NCBI GenBank assembly: GCA_964374105.1
Contig: CAYJXI010000001.1
Coordinates: forward strand, 7,743 to 71,742
Reading direction: 5' to 3'
Length of the DNA: 64,000 nt
Source of the DNA: an uncultured Planctomycetales bacterium
Lineage (GTDB): Bacteria > Omnitrophota > Gorgyraeia > Zapsychrales > JANLHA01
Shown: piece after piece, positions 60,601-64,000 of the stretch
How positions within the stretch are numbered: the stretch's first letter is position 1
Layout of the letters: each line of letters begins with the position of its first letter
The notes under the pieces: generated by a model
The model's input: only the letters and a program-made list of their open reading frames with translations
What the model was told of the DNA's origin: nothing
The model's database searches: none
Position numbers and translations under genes: made by a program

Positions 60601-63600
60601 GGATATCGATGAAACAAAACAGATCGACGCATTTTTTACCAGCAGATTCAAATATAAAGATGACTCTCCTGATAAACCCTATGAAAAAGAATTGCAGGAA
60701 GAGAACATTGTGAAATTATTTACACACTTTGTCAAAGCCTATTTGAGTGTATTCCCTGACCGCAAAAGACAATCTTTTGAAGATGTTAATAGAAAATTAG
60801 CCTCACATGATCCCGCATACTTAACTGATCCAAAGGCCCTAGAGACTGACCAGATTGTGAGGAAAATCGGTTCCACCCAAATGAACCTCATCGGCTTGAT
60901 CGACAAGTACGAGACCGATCCTAAGGTAAGGGTCTTATTGAATAAGATGGCAGAGTACCTGGGCTTAAAGGACGGTTTGAGCCAAGGATTGCTGGAAAAA
61001 CACAAGCAGTTGATCTCGCTGAATTTTTATCCTGAACGACCGGAATTCAGCGACTATCCTTATGTTGAACTGATAGCAGGAATAAAGACAGTCCATTATC
61101 TCTTTTATCTTTTCAATATCCCAGAACTCTTAAAGATCAAGACTCGAAAGATTATCTTAAATCATCCTCATCGATTTGTAAGAATCTATCTTCAAGAAGC
61201 GATCAAGGCGATGAATAAACAAAACGAAGTTGAAATTACCTCCTTCTCCATAAATGAGTTCATCGAAAAATTCAAGTCTGAGTCCATCTCGACCTTAGTC
61301 ATGCGAGAAGGCTTAGAAAGATTGGGCGAGGTTCCACCGAATTTGCATCATATATTAAGCCAAATGATGATTCCGGGTGGTGAGATCATGGTGGCCGTGC
61401 ATTTAGATTACGCAAAACCCACCCCCATTCGGATGAAAGACATCTTAACTTCCGATGCATCCAAACAGGAAATAAGACTGATTCAGAATCTCCTCCATGA
61501 TTATGTCAAGGCAACCAATCCTTGGGAATTAGAATTCGGGTTTATGGATATTGAGAAAGAGGAATTTATCAAAGAACAATCCGGATATTCCCCTGGTCCC
61601 GACCTTGAATTATCCACTTGGGTGATCTTAAGGAAACCCTACCTCAAGAAAGAGATGCCCATTAAGGCCGAGGTCAAGGCTGAGGAACGCCTGAAGACAG
61701 AATTAAAAGCTATTTTTGAAGAAGAACTTACTGGGTTTCAAGAACATAAGATCACCAAACATCTCAAGATCATGGAAGTCCCGCCAGCGATCGTAAATCT
61801 GATAAAGCAGGTGAATCGGCTCATTGATCAAGTCATTCATCTTTCCGTTGAGAAAGCCCAACCTCAAACCTTTGTCGATATTATTTTTGAATTAATAAGT
61901 TTACAAGAGGAAATCGTTAAACAAGGGAAGAAATTTGAAAGACCTACGAAGGAATTAACCGGTGAGGCGAGAAAGAGAGCCTTGAAAGCCGCTGGCAAGG
62001 CAGAACAAAAGGGCAAGATCATGATAGTGGGAGAAAAGGAACCGTTTGTGGATTATCTGAAAGGGTATACCCTGCTTTTGACTGTTGTGTATCGCACCAT
62101 GATTTTAAGAAGTTTACGAGAAGGGTTAACCATACCTTCTCTCGGCCAAGACATTGTAACCATTCTCTGGCCATCTCAGCCGGTGCCTGCGGGAATTATC
62201 CCCTTAACGAGTCTGGTTGACTTTGAGAGAGAAATGAAGGCTTTACTTGAACATCTTAAGGCTCTAGAAGCCCGTCACCAGGAAAATGAAAGCCTCAATA
62301 AAACTATCGGCGAGGTCTATCGCGATCTTATGGGGGAAATAGAAAGATTGATTTCTGATCGAGAAGGATACGCAAACGGCTTAACTGCCAGTTATCAGAC
62401 CGAGCTAGAAATATTTCTCAACCGATTGGCTACCACGGTCAGATGGGATTATAACTCGTTCTCAAATTCTCATACGATTATCAGAAATCTGAAGGAGTAC
62501 AAGGCCCTGGCATGGATCCAGCATGATGTCGGCAATATCTTAAAGGTCATAGGAACAAAAGATCTGAGGATTTCCTTGTTCTTTATAATGTCCGATATGC
62601 GAGGCGCCTTATCTAAGGAGACAGGTCTTGTTTCCTTAGATAGAGAAGAGAGGTATTTCTTTGAGACGAGACAATTACAAGGAGAGATTGTTAAACTTTT
62701 GAGAAAACGACCTGAGGCACAAGGCTATCTTAATTATACCAATGAACACTTTAGAAAACATGAAGAATTCTCCTTTAGTGAGGAGGAAATGGAAGAGATC
62801 ATTTCAGAAATCCAGGTGGCGACTTTGGGTGATTTCCTTAAACTGTACGATTCCCAGGTCAAGAAACCTGATCAAGCTCAATTTATTCAATCTCATATGA
62901 GGATTCTCGCTGACAAAATAGGGCCTTGGGTGATGGGAACCTTAGAACCGGATATAGATTTATTTATTAAAGCGATGAAAGAATTATTGAATCTGCTTGA
63001 TCATCTTCAGTCCATTGAGGAGGCCAAACAACTGATAAAGCTTTTAGCCCGATACCAGGGGATTGTAGACATCTATGATGGTTATATTCCCAATGTGCCG
63101 CGGCGAATCATTCCTGCCATCGTTCATCATCCTCAGGTGCAGGCGTTCCCGATTGTCGAAATCGCTCCCGGGGTAGAGGGGATTTCATATCTGGTTTCCA
63201 TGAAGGCATTACAGAACCGAAAGTTCATCCTGATTCAAAACAATCTATTTGTGAGGGAGTATCTTAAGACAGCCGTTGAGGTCTTAGAGATGGAATCCCA
63301 AGTCGAAGTCAAAGAGACCGAACTTAAAGATCTTACCAAAGACTTTGAGAAAGAAAGTATTTCAACGGTAAGAATCAAAGAAGGGGCGTTGGATTATAGC
63401 CAGTTGCCAGAAGATTGGTATAAGTCATTGACAGAACTTGTTACTAAAAACGGTCATATCCAGATTGCCTTTAAACCCAGAGATCAAGGGGCTAAGCATA
63501 TTCAATTATCTCATCTGGCTTCTATCTTTGGGAATATTCCGGAAGTCCAATTGGTTTTGAAACTTCACCGCGATCTAGTGAAAGTCAAACAATGGAAGTT

Positions 63601-64000
63601 TATGTATGGCCGCCTGGACCGCGATCAAGGATTTGTCCATGAGAAGATGGGGATTGTGAAAGAAGGATGGCCGTATTTAGAGACATTGTTTATCTTTATC
63701 AAACCAGAACAAGAAAAAGAACAAGTAAAAGCATCCGAAGAAGTTGAAGAAAGGGCTGAAGAAGAAGCGCAAGAGCAAGAAGAAATTATCAAGCCTCTGA
63801 TCCTGACAATTCCTATCTCTGAATTGAATTATCCAGCAGAGATTCTCAAAGGCGATAAAGATGCCCTCTCTTTAGGACTTTTTGAATTTTTAAGTGTTCA
63901 GTTTAATAAGATCAAAGAAACGGATGAAGAAAGCAAAGTCGTCGTTAGATTAAAGGCCAATAAGAAAGGTCCCATGATCGCCGCAGAAACCCTCGGCTTA
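2..64000 (+). CDS. Internal fragment of a single giant ORF (>=21,333 codons, partial at both ends) encoding a membrane-anchored multidomain megaprotein
   Basis: Manual codon-by-codon translation in the phase starting at nt 2 found no stop codon across the window. Recognisable protein motifs stay in this phase throughout (GalE, J-domain, PP2C, Udk and others). The supplied ORF track lists no + strand ORF in this phase, which is the expected result if the phase is never interrupted. Every listed track ORF is antisense or out of phase. Confidence 0.85.
758..1140 (+). other. HExxH zincin-like module, family A copy 1 (…APPVVVTADFKKTQGSIAAYN…LYIHLAVLD…FEGHEEFHIQG…EARQRTLEYL)
   Basis: HEEFH encoded at 1073-1087. 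The same module architecture recurs at 6947-7330 and 9953-10345. Confidence 0.5.
1680..2050 (+). other. Pol-beta-type (minimal) nucleotidyltransferase-like domain
   Basis: Motif VIYGSYPYGFRVSPSDLDIVAVVD (G-S at 1724-1729, then 10 residues, then D-L-D at 1760-1768) fits the hG[GS]x9-13Dh[DE]h signature. Confidence 0.45.
2500..2935 (+). other. GHKL / histidine-kinase-like ATPase (HATPase_c-like) domain
   Basis: FEDNGVGY (2764-2784) followed by GRGFGLFLSKSLI and GSFTIES…G.RYTF resembles the N, G1 and G2 boxes of HATPase_c. Confidence 0.45.
3350..3990 (+). other. HxGH nucleotidyltransferase-like (NadD/cytidylyltransferase-like) domain, copy 0
   Basis: RVLLQGFSANPIHLSHIAFVL aligns to the GGTFDPxHxGHL motif. 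Its architecture parallels the domains at 47470-48075 and 48305-48900. Confidence 0.4.
4140..4400 (+). other. HExxH zincin-like module, family A' copy 1 (…VISPSLAAPAEVKNRILFVNPNILRGPP…IFEGHELFHLLGHDEQEARRLTIRYL)
   Basis: HELFH encoded at 4327-4341. Near-identical peptide and DNA copy at 5795-6080. Confidence 0.5.
4577..4960 (+). other. Cluster of ~4 transmembrane helices
   Basis: FALIVGLVSGLVIPYGMTF, FMWVAEGLAILTFIALNLFIVYLVSASLF, ITLMALTSGLLLTIEILYGVPFWFLILTGVWGIPVLIW. Confidence 0.6.
5795..6080 (+). other. HExxH zincin-like module, family A' copy 2
   Basis: ASLGGQKALVEKG…VISPSLAAPAEVKNGILFVNLNILRGPP…VIFEGHELFHLLGHNEAEARDLTVQYL, with HELFH encoded at 6005-6019. Confidence 0.5.
6180..6800 (+). 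other. Cluster of ~6 transmembrane helices
   Basis: LIVVLVWSLLGAGLIVGVYLTGYL, LPVAGLDILTGAIIWGVADIIG, ALVAVFGILGGLGTHILL, IFRAFVVLVGGLALTLVF, LLAPLKTFVVINLLPVAARVI. Confidence 0.6.
6947..7330 (+). other. HExxH zincin-like module, family A copy 2
   Basis: …APPVVVTSDFGKTEGSITAYNPAEGILYIHLFVLDKL…VIEGHERFHVEGANEADARLKTIEYL, with HERFH encoded at 7265-7279. Confidence 0.5.
7199..7234. repeat. Two tandem copies of the 13-bp palindrome GGTGACAGTCACC (7202-7214 and 7219-7231), flanked by AAA…TTT
   Basis: Directly read: aaaGGTGACAGTCACCaaaaGGTGACAGTCACCttt. Copy 1 is translated as G-D-S-H and copy 2 as V-T-V-T, so the same DNA word is used in two codon phases. Confidence 0.9.
7720..8560 (+). other. 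Uridine kinase / phosphoribulokinase-family P-loop kinase-like domain
   Basis: Walker A ISGEGGGGKSS (7742-7765). IIFDDYIL aligns to the Udk D.YY motif. IIIVEGILTLFDENLAKDERVISMFVDAHFEARLLRMLIRF matches the Udk core VIILEGILLL…FVD…RL.RRI.RD. Confidence 0.55.
9953..10345 (+). other. HExxH zincin-like module, family A copy 3
   Basis: …APPVIITSDFDKTRGSIAAYNSAEGVLYIHLFVFDKL…VIEGHERFHIEG…QKTIQYL, with HERFH encoded at 10280-10294. Confidence 0.5.
10560..10960 (+). other. Possible Rossmann-fold (class I methyltransferase-like) domain
   Basis: GKTIMLVGINSN (beta1 plus loop), IIVVNPD (acidic end of beta2), VDLIFSSGLFNE (post-II motif). Confidence 0.3.
11015..11073. repeat. Cluster of three GC-rich palindromes in a G/P/R-rich linker
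   Basis: AGTGACAGTCACT (11015-11027), CCCGCCaaGGCGGG (11028-11041), and a perfect 20-bp palindrome CCTGCCTGCCGGCAGGCAGG (11050-11069). Confidence 0.85.
11218..11355 (+). other. Two transmembrane helices
   Basis: ALPSIFKFLAKMAGVLAIQIVGMGGGNIGVVLVITTLTFIVLWGG. Confidence 0.55.
15921..16340 (+). other. Family B module, copy 1 (PTATRSGEPLS…LREYLKLKVGQFSSYA…RKIRAGPN…GIDLLAFN…IIHPEL…HETAAVLGFSH)
   Basis: Conserved ~145-aa module present four times (here, 30415, 34341 and 39343). Motif HETAAVLGFSH encoded at 16265-16297. Confidence 0.5.
16545..16590. repeat. Three adjacent GC-rich palindromes
   Basis: CCCGCCATGGCGGG (16545-16558, perfect 14-mer), GCGGGGTTAACCCCGC (16566-16581, perfect 16-mer), CCGCCaaaGGCGG (16578-16590). 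Confidence 0.85.
17160..17700. repeat. GC-rich repetitive insert encoding a P/G/A/R-rich low-complexity linker
   Basis: ~29-bp direct repeats ttgaagcctccgcgccaatcttccgtgcc and ttgaagccttcgctccaatctcccgtggc. Inverted repeats ccatgaacc…ggttcatgg and ccccgta…tacgggg. The cacaagtcacaag motif. Local GC far above the flanking sequence. Confidence 0.8.
17547..17670. repeat. Tandem direct repeat of three 40-bp units (gtcaGCCCGCCccggtcttcgcaactGGCGGGCcggggag), each with an internal 7-bp inverted repeat
   Basis: Units at 17547-17586, 17587-17626 and 17627-17666, with 2-3 mismatches between units. The unit length is not a multiple of 3, so each copy is translated in a different phase (SQPALVFATGGPGR / SARPGLRNWRAGEV / SPPRSSQLAGRGS) without a stop. 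Confidence 0.9.
17710..17890 (+). other. Pair of transmembrane helices; the first has a PEP-CTERM-like layout (FAP, hydrophobic helix, KAKNR)
   Basis: SFAPIVIVGLGIATVVIIMTIKAKNRL and FLSIATLMAVVGSLWTIWI. Confidence 0.5.
17917..18009. repeat. ~90-bp triple-hairpin element, copy 1
   Basis: ccctcccccttgtggggaggg (8-bp stem); gggagggggtga…tcaccctcccc; cccctccatcaatggagggg. Second copy at 52237-52329 in the same codon phase, translated LDSLPLVGRVREGV…QSSPSPSPSHQ. Confidence 0.85.
20412..20930 (+). other. Possible ChaN / TraB / Tiki-superfamily domain
   Basis: VVFLGETEHFSSTDKYLVARSLKELKTLGITHLALE resembles the ChaN vLLGEqHdn motif. The C-terminal LLVINGNAHSNYQ resembles the GnaH motif. Confidence 0.3.
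21275..21326. repeat. 12-bp tandem duplication (aggtcaaaggtg x2) followed by the palindromes GGTGACTGTCACC (21295-21307) and GGTGACAGTCACC (21311-21323)
   Basis: Directly read. Translated …KVRSKVTVTFGDSHLW. The two copies of the palindrome are used in two phases (VTVT, then GDSH). Confidence 0.9.
22343..23460 (+). repeat. Partial upstream copy (R1) of the ~3.4-kb repeat unit; strongly purine-rich segment with G-ending codons; contains an HExxH (HELLH at 22691-22705)
   Basis: 22346-22670 is ~85-90% identical to 23467-23790 at the DNA level (EGGVMLGSGRGLSAVQEKMV…KHLYLDERE…). The plus strand here is almost entirely G/A-rich, which explains the long antisense ORFs in the track. Confidence 0.8.
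23461..26880 (+). repeat. ~3.4-kb repeat unit R2: an HExxH module (HEMGH at 23810-23824) through to a C-terminal J-domain
   Basis: Co-linear with R3 at the protein level along its whole length (…HEMxHL.NP…GGLKI…RKFLLPRKAE…DHAIDYALAL…VLRREIY…NYYAILGV…YHPDR…). Confidence 0.8.
26429..26630 (+). other. J-domain (DnaJ N-terminal domain-like), copy 1
   Basis: NYYAILGVPMKATPLMIDRSFKALSFLYHPDRAQPSEKAKAEEEFKRINEAYQALSDPQRRKEYDE has the HPD tripeptide and the canonical spacing. E. coli DnaJ itself reads YHPDRN. Confidence 0.75.
26881..30290 (+). repeat. ~3.4-kb repeat unit R3: an HExxH module (HEMLH at 27227-27241) through to a C-terminal J-domain
   Basis: Protein-level co-linearity with R2. The DNA has diverged, so this is not a recent duplication. 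Confidence 0.8.
29835..30030 (+). other. J-domain, copy 2
   Basis: NYYVILGVPRQATSKDIDRSFKALAMLYHPDRAPEPERAQAHQEFKVINEAYQVLSDAEKRQDYEN. Confidence 0.75.
30415..30860 (+). other. Family B module, copy 2
   Basis: STATRSGEPMSEEQ…RKIRAGPVEIF…GIDLLAFNYEGWIVIHPEL…LIHETGAVYGLKH (encoded at 30761-30793). Confidence 0.5.
31800..32250 (+). other. GNAT-fold N-acetyltransferase-like domain
   Basis: …LAIYVEPRYQGLGIGRTLMGLALRIARQLGVKEFSL… The R/Q.xGxG/A motif A with a downstream helix is typical of GNAT. Confidence 0.45.
33084..33115. repeat. Perfect 32-bp palindrome AGGTAGGGGCACGGCATGCCGTGCCCCTACCT
   Basis: Directly read and reverse-complemented. It lies in frame and encodes VEVGARHAVPLPLT. Confidence 0.9.
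33372..33510 (+). other. Helix-turn-helix motif resembling the IS3-family transposase N-terminal HTH (HTH_Tnp_1-like)
   Basis: RKGITEERFLEVALNHLEDENPRETIALELGINIQTVSYWLKKLGL, compared with the PF01527 pattern …EEFK.EAV.L…G.SV.EVARELGVS.STLYRWVK…. Confidence 0.4.
34341..34790 (+). other. Family B module, copy 3
   Basis: PTATRSGEPLSEEQKRQLREYLKLKVGQFSSYA…ILAHETGAIYGLEH (encoded at 34688-34720). The DNA is ~80% identical to copy 1 over the N-terminal ~100 nt. Confidence 0.5.
36302..36510 (+). other. Two transmembrane helices; the first is a PEP-CTERM-like anchor (FEPL, then a hydrophobic helix, then TRW)
   Basis: AAFEPLTFIALLAGFGILGVYMTRW and LGTMGLAAFAPLLTCCSLIPG. Confidence 0.5.
36530..37360 (+). 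other. Possible TraB / Tiki / ChaN-superfamily domain, second copy
   Basis: N-terminal LILIGMEHN… and C-terminal YFLIGFNHVKKIEEALG resemble the paired G.aH motifs of TraB/PrgY. Confidence 0.3.
39343..39790 (+). other. Family B module, copy 4
   Basis: STATRSGEPLTEEKERQLRQYLKLKVKDFSGYG…ILAHETGAIFGLPH (encoded at 39689-39721). Confidence 0.5.
39890..40700 (+). other. Ribulose-phosphate 3-epimerase family (TIM-barrel) -like domain
   Basis: NAIHFDVQQKEG (compare HvDvMDG), PIEVHLMYWQP (compare ldvHLMvenP), LIRTLGIRAGIALSL (compare lIkelGakaGvvlNP), ADAILLSAVMEGTRGGTFDS (compare vDlVLlMsVnPGFgGQkF), IHIQGGINKETIGIAASGGATAFVSGTFV (compare ieVDGGin.e.i.elaeAGAdvfVaGSaiF). Confidence 0.65.
40778..41815 (+). 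other. galE-like: UDP-glucose 4-epimerase (GalE) / NAD-dependent epimerase-dehydratase-like domain
   Basis: VLVTGGAGYIAAGVIHDLL (GxxGxxG Rossmann), VFASSAGVYSG, NPYGETKYLMERL (catalytic YxxxK), FVALRFFNVAGA, IRDYIHLLDLADAH. Co-linear with E. coli GalE over ~330 aa. Confidence 0.8.
42330..42700 (+). other. PEP-CTERM-like anchor (YEPL, hydrophobic helix, KKRW) plus a further ~3 transmembrane helices
   Basis: YEPLVMLVLLAGVGILGIYKKRWFAKR; VLLLTITTFLVPFPTFYLSPLFLPGWMMMPAIIIPVAIVTIINFLATVSL. Confidence 0.5.
43480..44000 (+). other. Possible HEAT / PBS-lyase-like alpha-helical repeats
   Basis: Repeated ~30-aa units with DxDVR..A…LG motifs (DEDVRLSSIESLGRI; DVRREALKGILVIL). Confidence 0.25.
44950..45735 (+). 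other. PP2C-family Ser/Thr protein phosphatase-like domain
   Basis: AIADGHGKRGAE (motif 1 DGHGG), GGTTLSVAYI, AAFIGDSLIWIRNRDG (GDSR), MMSRSLGDKNF, FMVVGSDGI. Confidence 0.65.
45880..45907. repeat. GGTGACTGTCACC palindrome (45880-45892) followed by a degenerate second copy GGCGATAATCACC, flanked by AAA…TTTTT
   Basis: Directly read; translated KVTVTQGDNHLF. Confidence 0.85.
45950..46200 (+). other. HExxH zincin-like module (HEFLH at 46124-46138)
   Basis: …HHYQITLIGVSGDVEIYLLFHEFLHVYLEE… follows the same aromatic…LY.h…HExxH layout as family A. Confidence 0.35.
47470..48075 (+). other. HxGH nucleotidyltransferase (NadD / NMNAT-like) domain, copy 1
   Basis: VAVFPVAGNPLHWAHILIG (compare FGGTFDPVHYGHL), VVGADHY (compare IIGxDsl), ASSSMARSGN (compare ISATIIRERL.NG). 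Confidence 0.5.
48305..48900 (+). other. HxGH nucleotidyltransferase-like domain, copy 2 (H-motif degenerate: NPISLGDL)
   Basis: IAVFPISGNPISLGDLIVALG…YIAGAEHY…ASARQARKGD is co-linear with copy 1 but has lost both motif histidines. Confidence 0.45.
49660..51420 (+). other. GT35 alpha-glucan / glycogen phosphorylase-like domain
   Basis: N-terminal LSLEAFLPELKGEAQMSLASGGLGFLTGETW (compare FSMEyGL…YSGGLGvLAGDhlKSA). C-terminal TREASGTSDQRAALNGHYNIATATGGPLAYI (compare EASGTSNMKfaLNGALTIGT.DGANVE). The expected PLP-binding Lys position reads Arg. Confidence 0.55.
51440..51670. repeat. GC-rich repetitive linker: (aagtcac)n heptamer run, gcccgcc…ggcgggc hairpins, and GGTGACAGTCACC at 51653-51665
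   Basis: aagtcacaagtcacaagtcagaagtca; ccggcccgccaatcacaagagccggggcgggc; translated KSQVTSQKSS…PRPANHKSRGGQDRQVTGHMSDD…EGDSHLPS. Confidence 0.85.
52237..52329. repeat. ~90-bp triple-hairpin element, copy 2
   Basis: Near-identical to 17917-18009 (about 5 mismatches) and in the same codon phase. Confidence 0.85.
53930..54480 (+). other. Rossmann / class I methyltransferase-like module of repeat unit 1
   Basis: ILQPGIEAS (motif I-like), FTIVEND (acidic end of beta2), ESISTLRI, LIAKGGDIQIAL (motif III LkpGG-like), LFIFTKPYP. Confidence 0.35.
56760..57440 (+). other. Rossmann / methyltransferase-like module of repeat unit 2
   Basis: YVDLETGFDGL, FILTDNPLFVTEYLKK, ESIGSLRIRR, LVEGGQMIIDF, VVIITFTK. 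Confidence 0.35.
58890..59460 (+). other. Rossmann / methyltransferase-like module of repeat unit 3
   Basis: YLEIASGFYNAL, IIFVEKHAFVRRYL, LASGGEIILGL, LLIFRKPYVKKE. Confidence 0.35.
61060..61650 (+). other. Rossmann / methyltransferase-like module of repeat unit 4
   Basis: YVELIAGIKT, IILNHPHRFVRIYL, ESISTLVMRE, MIPGGEIMVAV, WVILRKPYLKKE. Confidence 0.35.
63150..63720 (+). other. Rossmann / methyltransferase-like module of repeat unit 5
   Basis: IVEIAPGVEGISYL, FILIQNNLFVREYLK, ESISTVRIKE, VTKNGHIQIAF, LFIFIKPEQEKE. Confidence 0.35.

Larger units (their letters stand above)
52400..64000 (+). repeat. Tandem array of at least five ~2.1-kb (~700-aa) diverged repeat units, with a sixth beginning at the window edge
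   Basis: Units begin near 52400, 55340, 57490, 59515, 61700 and 63800. Each has an N-terminal …EIEKLQNH / …KITQRVKE helix, a …ET(I/L)GE(I/V)YRDL… helical region with WD(I/Y/M) and GNI(I/L)R motifs, and then a Rossmann module. Protein identity between units is roughly 25-35%. Confidence 0.65.

Noticed and set aside
1-64000. tRNA, rRNA, promoter, terminator or other intergenic regulatory elements
   Set aside because: The entire window is coding in one phase, and no cloverleaf-like or rRNA-like segments were seen. The inverted repeats present are GC-rich in-frame elements without downstream T-tracts, not Rho-independent terminators.

Overview
The whole 64-kb window reads as one uninterrupted open reading frame on the + strand (codon phase starting at nt 2, 21,333 sense codons, no stop, open at both window edges). 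It is an internal slice of a giant gene: no intergenic DNA, promoter, terminator, tRNA/rRNA or CRISPR array is visible. The encoded megaprotein is a mosaic. It has many transmembrane segments and several families of internally repeated modules: at least 12 HExxH/zincin-like modules, four 'HETGAxxGxxH' modules, two ~3.4-kb units that each carry a J-domain, and at least five ~700-aa units with Rossmann methyltransferase-like cores. Between and within these lie recognisable enzyme domains, listed under features with their evidence; they include a ribulose-phosphate-3-epimerase-like barrel directly followed by a GalE-like epimerase, a PP2C phosphatase, three HxGH nucleotidyltransferase-like domains, a GT35 alpha-glucan-phosphorylase-like domain, two J-domains and a GNAT fold. 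At the DNA level the ORF carries a family of GC-rich palindromic or hairpin-forming elements inserted in frame at domain boundaries. Examples are the 13-bp palindrome GGTGACWGTCACC (six perfect copies, translated in two different phases), a 40-bp x3 tandem array whose unit is not a multiple of 3, a ~90-bp triple-hairpin element present twice, and a perfect 32-bp palindrome. There is also a purine-rich, compositionally aberrant ~1.4-kb segment created by segmental duplication. All domain calls come from reading motifs by eye in a manual translation. None is verified by search, and coordinates of domain borders are approximate (+/- ~30 nt).
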